DNA of 64,000 nucleotides from Raillietiella orientalis (taxonomy: Eukaryota). This document shows, piece by piece, positions 1 to 17,230 of this stretch. Positions within the stretch are counted from its first letter, which is position 1. Each line of letters starts with the position of its first letter. The translations under genes were made by a program, and so were the position numbers. Below the pieces are notes generated by a model. That model saw only the letters and a list, made by a program, of their open reading frames with translations. It had not been told where the DNA came from and did not search any database. The stretch lies in assembly GCA_036172245.1 (NCBI GenBank), contig JAYWIR010000001.1, positions 7,130,001 to 7,194,000 of the forward strand, in the 5' to 3' direction.

Positions 1-2327
1 GATTTCACCTGAACATGTAAAGATCTGCAAGGATCTATAAAATTGAAGGCAGAATGGGAGATATGATTATAGAATACGACATACGATCTCTCGCGTGGCT
101 CCAGAGCCACATGTTTGAATACTTCCTAACAATTCATGATTTGCTTGCATTTTCCGATTAGGAGTATTGATGGAATAACAGGTCTTTTTTTTTCTTCTTC
201 TTCTTCAGTACTTGCAAGTCAACAAAACTGAAAGAATTTCGTAGGCAAGTCTAATTTTGTTCATTTAGTTACAGATACAGATACAGATAAATCGATTGAA
301 TCCTACAAATCCAGTAACGATATGTGCTGAATTTTTCTTCTCAAGAATCACGAAATTATGTTTTTAGAGCCAGCTGATTCCACTTTTCAGTTCATAAAAA
401 AAAATTATGAACTGGGAAGATCATTGCATGAACTACCCAGCATTAAGATATTCATTCTTTAGAAAGTAAAAAGCAGTTTCTTTATAATTCCCACATCAAA
501 GTTTGAATTACTTTTCACTCCCTCAATAATGCATCTTTCACACAATAAGTTCTCATGTAGTCAGATATCATGGGAAGAGTTTATCAGTTTTATCTATGGA
601 TGAGTTTTATCTACATCCATAATATTGTCAGGTAACATTTTCATATTCCTTTTCCAAAAGGACGAACTGTTCAAACCTTCTAAGATTTTAGTGGTCAGAG
701 AACCACGTATTTTCACTACTAATTTCGTAATTAACAATTCATGCAATGATTGTGCCCGCACAGCATCAGCAAGGTTTAACATTTCTAACAGTATCCCTTA
801 GCAAGTTTCATTTATATCAAACAGATGGCATAAAGAGTGGTTTCAATTACTTTCGTTCGATAGCTCTAATTCAGTATTCGTATGTGAGAACAATTACGTA
901 TTGTGTATTACACCTTATCCAATAAAGTATATATTTCTCATATTTCTAGGGAAAGGAAACTTTCAGTAGTCCAACAAGCGATAACGTGAGGACTTTTGAA
1001 ATACGAAAATTTTTATTTGTTAACTGAAGGTGCAACCATGGTAATGCGCATCTTCAACTAGGTGTCGTGGTACACTAAACAGTTACCAAGGGGGAATGGC
1101 TTGTTAAATTTCCTATTGCTCCTTGAAGTTTTCTGCGTTTTCATTTGAAATCTTGAAAACTCATTTATCTTCCGAATTTCTTTTAATTGAATTCTTAAAT
1201 GCGCTTTTTATAAAATCACTTGAAATGGTTTTGAAATTTTGAATCGAAATTCTTATTGCAATGCACGAGTGAAGGTCGGGTATGAAGAAGCCTTTTTGTA
1301 AACTTTATAGGAAGTTTACAAAAAGAATGTGTTTTACAGAAAGCATGTGTCTAAAAGCTCAATAAAAGTCACGAAACTCATCTTAATGAATTAAATAGAG
1401 AAAAACGAAATCACTCACGTGGAGAAACGTCCTTGGCGAAGTTCTAGCTCCAAAAAATAGAAACCGCAGTACTGTTTTTTTATGATGATGCCGTGACAAT
1501 TTCAACAGGCTTCATTAATTATTTATTTAAAATAAATTAGTTTAAGAAATCTTAATCTCATAATCAACTTTAAGGGCTAAATGCCAGAATAGAAAGGCTT
1601 TCAAGGAAGCTGTTCAGCCGTCTGAGGGTGAACCTTTGTCCTTCCGTGTACTTGGGTTATTTAATCTAAACAAACGGGAGATATTAGGAAAGCAAGGACC
1701 TGAAATTATTTCGGAAGTTAAAGATGAGGGAAATCCGGGTATTCGTGATGCTAATCGTGCATAAAAAAAATCATGGTTTATTTACTTTTATTGCGTATGT
1801 AACCGTTCGAAGCTAGCATGGCACGGACCTCATTGTTTTCGTTATGTTATCAATTTATATCGAGTCGCGTGTTAAATAGATATGTTAGCGGTGCTGTTCC
1901 CGTTATAATATTTTGAGTTTTGAGTAAATAACAAAACACAAGTCAGTTCGTTCCGAGTGGAAATAGGAAAGCCATTCTCGTACGTGCAAATGTATCGTGA
2001 GCGAGTCGGAAAAAAGCTATGAAACGAACGAAAAAAAAAAAAGCTTCCGATAACCCAAGTAATTTCTTTTATCTATAAAGCAAATTCTTGGTGTGAAACT
2101 CTAATTGTGTTGATATTCTACGTAGTGTGTTCTCGTTATAATGGTAGCTTTATACCTAGAAAATTTTACATTGTGATTTCTCTGTATAGTGTAATAATAA
2201 TTTTACCTAACTATGGAGATTATTTTCTGAGTTTGATTAATTCATTTTGAGAAGTGTATATTTTCTGTATTTGATATGTATTGGGTTAGCTGAAATGAGA
2301 ATTCAGAATTGATAATATTTAACAAGA

Positions 2328-7388
<5,061 letters not shown>

Positions 7389-9490
7389 AATTGTGCCTGG
7401 ATTTGGGAGTGCTGTCCTGAGCATTTATTCAAGAGCTACGATCATTTGGACTCGTTAAGCTGCTGCCATTTATATCTATGTCTCTGGTACCATATTCTTA
7501 AAGTAGTTCTCGTATATCACAAATTTTGCTTTTAATTCATTACAGTGAAGCACTATTAGATCACAAGTCACTAATGGGGGATTTCGATTTTATAGTTTAC
7601 TTTGTTTTGATTTTAAATTGCATCTAATTATGATTTTTGTAGTTGTTTGTAAGGGTACTGTCATCTCATCCAGATTCCTCCTCTTCCTTTAATGTTTTAT
7701 GTTTACATGTTGCATTTTATTTTTATCATTCAAGCTAGACTAGATCAAAATCTGTTAGCAGTTGTACACATTACAGTTGATGAATTGTGTTTTAATCAGG
7801 TTAGTTCTATTTACTAGAAAAAAAAGGATTGCATCACAATATCATAATAAATTGAGCAATTTGTGCCCCATAATCGAAATCCCCATTGTTGTCAAATTTT
7901 CCGAACCCTTCTAATGAACATTTGAACTCTGCGAATTGTATGAAACTGAATGAACTGTTAGTGAATTTAAAGGACGATATTTCTCAATATAATGCAATAT
8001 GTATGAGTGATAACTCCTTTTTGATTAAGTCCATTTTCAATTTTGTGCATATCATATGTGTTTTTTAGTTTCTGAGAACTTGGTTAGTATTTATCTGTCT
8101 ATTTCACATAAAATCTATAAAACCTTCCATTGGTTATCGATGGTTTCATTGGCATGCATGTCTCTCCCCATATATGGTGCATGTTTTGCCAAGTCAATAG
8201 TAAGGTCAAATCAATTTCACATATGTCAAAATGGAGTTTCGTTTGCATCTCCGCTGGTTTTCATCAAGTGATGAACATAAAAAAAAACTGAAATAAAAAA
8301 AGACAACAGTTATCTACTTAAAGAATTTTCATATTACTCTTCAAGGCATTTGGTTGATGGGTTCAAGTTTCTTTTGTTGATTTGACTGATTCTTGTTCAC
8401 TTATTTTTACTGTATTAAAATAGTTCCCTATTCAAATCGTAGTTTTCAAAATACTAGTCCGGACAGCTAGACAGTTTGGAATCAGATGTCATGCGAAAAG
8501 AACTACTCGCTGTAAATTAAGATGTGCAAATTATTCCCAAAGTTTTCGGTCTCTACTCTGAAAGATGTATGCAGTGTTCGCAATTATCATAACTAAAAGA
8601 GTTTAACCAGCTGTGCATGGAAAAGAGTTGACAAAATAATTTTTCCCAACACTTTTATATGGAAATACATCAAGCAGAACGATCACAAACTTTGTTTGCT
8701 GTTGTCATAAGCATTGCTGAAACTGATGATTAATTCCAAGCTTATTATAAAGTGATTAGGGGATTAATTATTGACTAAAAAGTATTCCATCAAAATTTGG
8801 GGAATTTTCCAAAACAGATTCCTTCCATAAACAGAAGTCAAATTTTCTCCAACAGGCTTTCACTATACATTTTCACTTACAATCTAAGCAAGAGATTTCA
8901 TTTGTGAATGCAGTAACTATTCTGATCTGTAATAAATAAAGCATGAAGATTAAAAAAATTTTAAACCAAATGCCCATGTACACTTCAAGATTTATTTTTG
9001 CTATTGCTGTTAGAAAATATGGAAGCAATGTTCCCACTGACAAACACCATCTGACACAATTTTAACAAGCCAAGAATGTCAAAGTTCTTTACAGATGACT
9101 GTAATAGTAAGAGTCAAAATTTGCAAATGATTACTAGATTATTTTTTACTAAAACCATTGGTTGTTAAAAATCTCCAATGTACATCTGAGATCTTGGTCT
9201 TCATTTTGTCTTCTGCAATTAAGAAATACAGGCATCAGTTTATAATTGCTTAATTTACACAACTCATGCTTGTTCAAAACATGCTCAAACAGAACCTGCA
9301 CTGCTTTGGACACAACAACAGTTGTCATGCTGTTGAAACTGAAAAAATCTTGAAGGTTGAAAATGGTGCCAGGCTTGCACAACAATACAATGCAGAGGGT
9401 TGAGCTCAACAGCCCATTGAAATCTGGTGTTGTGTAAACACTGCATGGCACAGTTGCATGAATAACTTTCCTATAAGGATGAACTGAAAC

Positions 9491-11629
9491 TCATACATCC
9501 ATAGGTTTTTGAGCTAAACAATTCATAGCAACTTTCAGGTTTTTCTGCAATCTCTTCCTTTCCACTGAAGCAATTGAATCACTGTCAAAACTAAGAAAGT
9601 GATGCAGAAATAACTTTAATCTATTGGCAAATGGTTTAAGCTCTGGAGCTGCAATTTTTGAAAATATTTCCTTGCAATGCATCCCATCACTCTCTAAAAT
9701 TTTGGTAAAGATGTGCTTCAGTATTTCCACTATGGGTTGGGATAATTCTGTAAAATGTATTACTTTAAGTAATGCTAACGAAAATAATTTAGAATTCAAG
9801 AAATCAGCAATGAAAATTGCCAGATTTTGGACCTGAAAATTTTTCAAATCTTGCACATTTTTCAATTGATCCCAAATATTAAACTGCAGGGCTATTTTGT
9901 ACCGTCTATCAAAGCAAAGTTTTGTCAACAAAGTAGCATAAAATGGATTGTATGTTTGCTCATGAAGACAACAATCCACTATGATATGAACTATTTCTCT
10001 CCACATTTTCTTTTTGTATGTAAACTCAGATAGTTTTTCATAAGCATCAATATAATCTTCTGCTGACATTATGAGGCAGAAGATCGTTTTTCTGTCTTGA
10101 GTATTCATGCGCTGCTGTCTTATAAGAGTTTCCATATTTTCATCAAGGCTGATGAACTTAGACGAAACTTCCCTATGAGAGGCTGGATCAGATGTATCAG
10201 GGTGCTTTGCATTTTCATCACCGGTGTCATTTGAGAAGGTGCTTATGGTGTTGACAGTTTTTCCTGAATTAATAAGAGTCGTCAAAATTTTTTTTAAACG
10301 ATCGAAATATGTGAATTCATTTTTAACACTTTTAAATACATTATTTTTCACAGAATTGAGTGATTCCCACAAAAATTTTGCTCTACTGTTATTTGTTGCA
10401 TTTGTTTGCTTCATTCTTTCATGCACATTCTGAATGAACGTTTTCAACAATATTGGGTCTTCCTTTCTTAATAAAAATCCAATTTCACCAACAACCAACG
10501 TTACCAATTCAATGTCATGCTCAGAAAATCTATTAACAATACTTTCCAAAACATGATATATAAATCCACAGCTGATAACACGAAAAAAATATAAACCAAC
10601 AAATAACTGAAGGATATTATTTACTGCTTTGTTATCAACTGTAAGACTCTCCTTGTTGAAGTCTGCAGTGAATACTTTTAGCATAAACAATCCAATTTCC
10701 TCATCAACATTGGCATGAAGACATGCTATAACCATGGCATACAGGTGTATTAGGTCCTTTAAAATTAAATTTTTTTGTATTACACACTCTTTAAGAACTG
10801 TTGAAACAATTACATTTGCTGTATGTCTACTTTCACTTTCATAAAAGTATTCTAATTCTTTTGAAATGGAATAAATGTTTTTCTCTGACAATTTATTGAA
10901 TAATCCTTTTAATTTTCTCTTGCTGTCATCATAAGTACTCCTGCTTGAAGGAACTACAACTAAACTTCCTTGATTCAAATCTTCACATACAATAATCTTT
11001 TGTTGGGTAGTTTCATGCAGTTCTGAACTTACTTTTTGTTTTACGCAAAGTTTTTTTTTATAGAGATTTTGTTTGTCATGTAAAACTCTACTACATTTAA
11101 TGGAAGATTTCCTTTCTGCACCAGAATCTATTATATTGGTATTCTGCCAAGTTTCTGTTTGACACTTTGAATCCAATTGTCCCTTATCTGGTTTCCTTTT
11201 AGCACTCAACTCAGTTATTTCTAATAAGTAATCCAAACCATCTCTTACTAAACTTTCTGGTATCTGATCTTGGTTTCCTTTATAGCGTAACTTTTTTTCT
11301 AAATTGCGTATAATTCTGTCTTCTTCCTCATTTTCTTTCAATAATTCGATTTTTCTAGATTTCATGGATGATTTCTTATAACTTTGGACCTTTTTTCTCT
11401 CATCATCCATAGTCTGTTTCAAATCAATGCGTGCACCTGCTTGTGTTGACCCAACATTCTGTTTTGCACTTTGTTTAAAGCTTCTTTTTAGCTTTGCTGC
11501 TTCTGAATTACTGCTATTTAAAACCTTCCTTCTTTGCAAACATCTCAAATGCTTCCGCTTAGATAAATGTACCAAACTTCCTTTTTTTAAATTCTTTAAG
11601 CTATTACAAAGCTTAGCTTCCTTTGGCAT
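9491..11629 (-). CDS. NOM1: Nucleolar MIF4G domain-containing protein 1 (NOM1/Sgd1 family), single coding exon, 712 aa
   Basis: Basic N-terminus, then EEEDRIIRNLEKKL...DGLDYLLE, an MIF4G domain (LKGLFNKLSEKNI...IGFLLRKEDP...SRAKF) and an MA3 domain (RMNTQDRKTIFCLIMSAEDYIDAYEKL...CCLHEQTYNPFY...LQFNIWD). Confidence 0.93.
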   Translation of the reverse strand: MPKEAKLCNSLKNLKKGSLVHLSKRKHLRCLQRRKVLNSSNSEAAKLKRSFKQSAKQNVGSTQAGARIDLKQTMDDERKKVQSYKKSSMKSRKIELLKENEEEDRIIRNLEKKLRYKGNQDQIPESLVRDGLDYLLEITELSAKRKPDKGQLDSKCQTETWQNTNIIDSGAERKSSIKCSRVLHDKQNLYKKKLCVKQKVSSELHETTQQKIIVCEDLNQGSLVVVPSSRSTYDDSKRKLKGLFNKLSEKNIYSISKELEYFYESESRHTANVIVSTVLKECVIQKNLILKDLIHLYAMVIACLHANVDEEIGLFMLKVFTADFNKESLTVDNKAVNNILQLFVGLYFFRVISCGFIYHVLESIVNRFSEHDIELVTLVVGEIGFLLRKEDPILLKTFIQNVHERMKQTNATNNSRAKFLWESLNSVKNNVFKSVKNEFTYFDRLKKILTTLINSGKTVNTISTFSNDTGDENAKHPDTSDPASHREVSSKFISLDENMETLIRQQRMNTQDRKTIFCLIMSAEDYIDAYEKLSEFTYKKKMWREIVHIIVDCCLHEQTYNPFYATLLTKLCFDRRYKIALQFNIWDQLKNVQDLKNFQVQNLAIFIADFLNSKLFSLALLKVIHFTELSQPIVEILKHIFTKILESDGMHCKEIFSKIAAPELKPFANRLKLFLHHFLSFDSDSIASVERKRLQKNLKVAMNCLAQKPMDV

Positions 11630-11713
11630 TCTCAGCTGTAACCTAATAAAAAAACAAAAACAAATTGCTACTCCATTCTTAAAGTCTCAGTTTGCCAGAC
11701 AACATAGCATGAT

Positions 11714-11776
11714 ACTTATATGTCTACAGTTTTTTGAGCTAAACGATTCATAGCAATTTTCAGGTCTTTCTGCAAT
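11714..11776 (-). repeat. Ungapped 63-nt duplicate of the 3' end of the NOM1 CDS (9489-9551)
   Basis: 54/63 identical by manual alignment. The copy translates LQKDLKIAMNRLAQKTVDI* against NOM1 LQKNLKVAMNCLAQKPMDV*. Confidence 0.9.
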
Positions 11777-14700
11777 TAATTTCTGTGTGTGGCTTGATGT
11801 GTATCGCACCGGGTCACATACAACAACACTGCAGATTCTTTTTATTTATAACATCTTCCGCAATTCAGAAGGGGCGCTGCAGCTTCCCGCAGAACATACA
11901 TCCTAAGGGATTCCTGAATTTTACATTTATTTTGCATTCCCTTTATTAGATTTCAATGAATTTTGGGAATTTCAAAAAATCGGACCTATGTGCATGTACG
12001 TTACATGTCGATATGGATTATATAATGAAAGGAAATAATGATTTTCCTATATATAAGCAATTTTTTTGTGAAGTGTTAATAGTGATAGTATTTTGAATTA
12101 GTCTATTCATTTGAACCATTAACACGCTCGGCAGCACCAAGAGTTTTTTTTTTTTTTTAGCATATCCGAAAACTTATTCATACGTGCTTATAAACAAATA
12201 TTTCATCAATGCCTATTTCTGTTTCAGCATTAAAAATATGGTAAACAAAATGATGACTATACCACATACTAGAAATAACAGGAATCGCTAATCCACTGAT
12301 GCATGATCGAATGCATTTCTGCATAAGTTCTTGGAAAACCCTGTTTAAAGATGCGATTCAAAGATTTCAACTGGACGCTTTAAAATGCAATAAAACCACG
12401 TGCGTGCGTGCATGTATACGTACACATACACACACACATTAAAAAATGCCAAAAGATCCTCCTCATCTTTATGCAAATTAACCGAGATGAGATTTTAAAA
12501 AAATCTTCCTTAAACGTCGACATACAATGAGGATTACAGAGACTCCACAAAATTCAATAACCGAAACAAATATCAACAGACAACAACGAAGGAGATGGAA
12601 AAAGTGCAAGACTTAGGAACCGGTTTTCTCTGCAACTGGATTTCTTTCTTAAGTGTTCATGGAATGCATTTGTCAGTTTTCTTATACATGTACACAGTAG
12701 TTCTCAAGTTACATGTAAGTGAATTTCATCTTTAAGAAATGGTCATTCGTAGTGATGCATTGCATAATCATCAGAATTACTTTCTTTATTCTAAATGAAA
12801 CTTGACAGCAACAGGTTTCCCGTAGAAAGCCTCACTTGTGATGAACTACCTACTTCATCAGGATCTTTGATAGAGTGTGATTCTCACGAAAAACCTACTT
12901 CAAGTTTTGCGTCACTTCCTCTGCACAACTTTTACGCAAGGCACCGACCATGCAAGTGATAGGATGCAGTCATTGCAGCAAGGCGTGAACTTGGAGAGAA
13001 AAAAAAAAAACTCACCAACGTGCGTAAGGTTTTGAATCCTGAGGCTAAACTCCTGTATTGATGCAAACTTCCATTTGGAAATATAAAAATTTTACAAGTC
13101 CTTGGATTTAGGTATTTGAATTTACTGAAGTGTAATTTCATGAAAGTTCTCATTTTTAAGTAACTGTGAGGTGGAACTTAAGGAAGTGCACTATTCACTT
13201 GTGCATATGTCTTCGCCATAGTAATCGTTATTTAAGATAAAAAGTTTCACACGAGAATTTGGCTGTATTCATCAAAGTATCATAGTGTTTCGGCTTAAGG
13301 TTCAGTGAGCGAGATAAGGCCACTTGCTTTGATTCAGTGACATATTACAAAGATTTGGACTGAACTGCAGAAATCCAAATTTGTTTGTTTTTATAAGTAA
13401 ATGTTTCATTCATCATGTTTCATTTAAATCATTTCATTTATTGAATATTCCATCTATTATTTGCAATGTTTCGTTTATTACTTGGAATGCTTGTTCTAAA
13501 AATTTGTTCATTTGTTAAACATTAACAGGCTAAGAATTGTAAACACATTCCATACTTCAAAGTCCTTGTGTAAAAATGAAAACTAAAGAGAAATAAACTA
13601 GAATACAGTACCGCGAACCTCACCGAAGTAGATCGACATTTTTATTAAAAAAAAAAACAACAACAACTATATGTCGTATTTTTTTTTAATTTAGCAATTG
13701 AAATTTAAACCTGGTTGATGTGGTACAAATATATGTGTATAGAATCTAATTGGGAAGATCTTGTTAACTCTACGATGTGATTAATGGTGTAATTGCTGTG
13801 GGCCACACTGGGGGTTAACTGGAGAAAACGTACATGGGGACGGTGAGTATAGTAGCATATTGGTTACTGCTTTAAATATAATTATGTTATTGAGGGGCGG
13901 ATACAGAATGAATGTGGTGAAACTGCTAGTCATAGTCCACTCGGATCGCAGAAACTTCATAATGAAGTATTTACTTATTATTGTTTTGCATGTAACGTCG
14001 ACGTCGGTGACGAATATGACGATAATCAACGGTAATATCTCAGGGTAGTTCGATGATGATGATGATGATTTGTGGTATCATAGGCAATCTGGATTTGTTT
14101 ATGAGTTGGTGTGTACTGGAATGATAAATTTGATTATGGAACTGTGGAAGATGTGTTGAGGGAACATTCAAAGTCGCATGAGAATGAGTCGATAAGAGAC
14201 GTGTGCAGTATACGTGAATAAAGCAACGTTTTACTCCTAAAGTTTATTGAACAGATGATTGGGAGTAAATACAACCGGAGTTCTGGGCGAACTGCATTCT
14301 ACACTCGGATTTTCCAGAGTTTTGTTTTTGAGTTTTTTTTGCCTCCAATCGATACTGCTAAACCTTTTGCTCTCATTTTTTTAGAGTAATTTTTTTTATA
14401 CAATTTTTTAGCAATGTAAGGATTTTGAACTATCAACTATAATAAAGCTCTGGTACGTCTGACTCTGTAACAAGAGTAAGATTTAGCGTTGTTTCTGCAT
14501 GCATCACTCAGATCAGTTTTGTTGAGTTGGAAATTTCGATGCGGCTTCCAATTGTGCATCTTCCTTAATTTCGTTTTACAGGTTAACTCTCAAGGGAGAA
14601 AAAACACATAGAACTGTTGCCACGATTAGTGATGACCGCTTTCGCTCAACATACAAACTTAGAAAAAGTGCACGTCGTATGCTGAGAACGGTATCTTAAC

Positions 14701-14780
14701 CACCGCAAGGTTTCCACTAAGCAGTCAATCCGAATACAAACGGTATGTGTACTTATACAGAGTATGTACCGTGAAATGCG

Positions 14781-17230
14781 TTAAAAGCTCAAAGCAAAAC
14801 ACGAGGCGTCCTCAACTAGCCATTTCCTAAAATCGTTGTACGTCTTTCTAGAGTTGTTTTTCCATTCATGAAGCTTTTCACACAAATTGCATGGATTAAA
14901 CAAATACTTATTCGTTGCTACCTCATAATGGTCTTTCCAGTCAAAATACGAATTATACAACTCATCGTTGCTACCTACTTCTTTGAGATATTCTGCAAGT
15001 CTCAATGGGCTATATTCGAACGCGTTAATAAACGATTTCCGTGGCAAAATATCTTCGTAACGGCCACCTCCCAAAACTACTGGAACCACATGCAACAGGA
15101 GAATTCTCCAAAGCTTCTCGGTGATATAGTCTTTGCACAGACTGTTTTCGAACGATAAATAAAACTTGTAAGTTGAATTGAGCAGCTTATAACAAACGTC
15201 TTGATATATTGAAGAGAGGCTTTTCCTGCACGTATGGAATCGAAAGTTAGGACTCGTAAATTGGGGACATCGGGCACCATATACATTCACTTCGACATGC
15301 TTTGCCAGTTCGTTCACGTATACTTCTCGTTGGCTCTGTGTGTAACAGTTGCTCACAAACCAGGCGATAAGACGAGTTTTGCCAACAGCGAAATTTCTAT
15401 TGTGTACGACACCACTGACCGAGGCAGGGCTCTCTTGACCATGCAATGATTGCCTCATTGCGTCAGGATGCATGATGCCGGCCAAAGGTCGCAAATGATC
15501 CGACTTCTTACGGATGTAGGCGTTTCCAACAAGAATGTCTGAATCGACTCTCAGTGTCATCGTCCTGTTGATGATCCCACCTAAAAGCATGTTGATGTCA
15601 ACAGTTCGCACATGAGAATAGAAAACATCGTTGTACGAAGACTCTGCAGAAAAAACGATCCAATGCTGCGCTGGATTTCTGTAGCAGGGAGTCTCCTGGG
15701 ATTCAAGAAAATCACGAAGGTGGAAAACGATGGCCTCTGCGTTGCGAATCCTGGATTTATCATATGTGACTTCACAAGCTGTCATGTCGCAGCTGCTCTT
15801 CTGGAAGGACTCGATCGAGGCCATCCACAGAGTTTGCCCAAAAAAACTGTTGTAAAGGAGAATCAGTTTTTTGTTCTTTGAGTGCTCTTCAGATGACGAA
15901 ATCCCGATGGATTCTGTAAATAGGAAAAAGTCGTTTCTTATCTTCAAGGAACAATACTGACAGTAATGATGAGTTGTACTCATAATTTTGCTATTGATTG
16001 CGCTAACTGATTTTACGCGGCTAATATAGATGGTTCCATTCCCTTCGAAGCATCATCCGAACTCCCACGGAAGAGGGGGAGCGGGAGCGCTCCCTGAGCT
16101 CTCTCACTCCAGCAGAGCAGCGGGACTATTCCCCCCCCCCCCAGGGGCTCGCTTGACCTTCCTTGACCCTGCCCTCTAGATCGCGAGACGTGTTCCTGCT
16201 GAACCCGCGCTCCTCCGGCAGGGTTGTGCTCCCTCCCCCACGAACCTCTTTGCCCCTCCGTCTGAGCTCTCGTGGTAGTTGGAGGAGGAAGAGGAAGAGA
16301 GGACGAAGAGAGAAGGAGGATGAGGGCAGGTAAGCTGGCGTCCCCGAAGTTCTATTACATTTCCTGTGAATTTTTAATAAAGAGGAAAACATGAAGGAAA
16401 TTTTAATTGTTAAGAATTGGAATGGAAAGGAGATGTACCACATCTCAGATTAATTAATTGATCACTGCAATCCAAGCATAGAAAGAACTCTCGTGTTCAA
16501 ATTGTCTTCTGAAGGGACAACAGCACAGTCCTTTCAAATCTTCTGAGCAGTTTGCAGGTTTTACGAAACCAATGCTCCCAAGCGAAGTATTCATTTAGGT
16601 GTAAATAAAAACACAAATATTACGAATAAATTTGGAAAACTCCGGAAGTGTCCCCTCGGTATCCTTTTTTAAAAGTTACAAATGATCATTGATGGAAAGG
16701 CATTAATCTACACCTCATATGTCCAGGGATCTCTCTCTCTCTCTCTCTCTCTCGGCACAGATAATCCTTAGAGACATTCATTTTCGAAATGAGAGAATAG
16801 GCAAGGTTGATGGGATCACACTACGGGTGATCTCCTAATTAACTGATAGTCCATTTTGCAAAGTGCGATGCGGGGAAATACGAGTTTTCAATGCTCACCA
16901 CCACAAATATACGGCAAGCAAAAGCAATCAGTGTTCGTGTAATTGTCTGCTCATTACTAATCTCCTCAATCTTGTTTTGGCCCAGAAATATCAATCTGCA
17001 ACCGGGTATTAAAGATAGTCCTCACGTGATTTCAATAGACATGCATACGTTAGATGAGGAAGTTTCTTTCGTAATGCACTTCACCTACCTGAAAGCTCCA
17101 CCTGAGATCCTGGGCACTTCTGAGCGGTCCACACATGGAAAACGAGCAGAATTAACGCGATTACAAGGAAGCAGACAGAAAGCTGCCACTTGGCCAAAAA
17201 ACGATTTCTTTGGGGGGCAGAGAATGTCAT
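14781..17230 (-). CDS. Alpha-1,3-fucosyltransferase (glycosyltransferase family 10), type II Golgi membrane protein, 2 coding exons
   Basis: Exon 1 (17230-17089) encodes MTFSAPQRNRFLAKWQLSVCFLVIALILLVFHVW..., a signal anchor, and ends at a G|GTAGGT donor in phase 1. Exon 2 (15913-14781) follows TTTACAG in phase 1 and carries AIVFH, AWFVSNC, R..YV.EL...V.VYG, the alpha3-FucT motif YKFYLSFENSLCKDYITEKLW, VPVVLGG, SFI and YNSYFDW. Confidence 0.9.

Noticed and set aside
480-800. Minus-strand ISDYMRTYCVKDALL, resembling a Polinton-type PolB exonuclease III motif
   Set aside because: A single short motif with no supporting upstream or downstream motifs that I could recover.
1410-1500. Minus-strand donor-like CAC|GTGAGT, suggesting a gene divergent from VPS4
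   Set aside because: No coding exon or partner acceptor could be linked with confidence.
9149-9451. 100-aa ORF downstream of NOM1
   Set aside because: No recognisable motif; likely 3' UTR or a chance ORF.
15914-15983. ORF-track N-terminus MSTTHHYCQ... of the fucosyltransferase
   Set aside because: Lies in the intron upstream of the TTTACAG acceptor; the signal-anchor exon is at 17230-17089.
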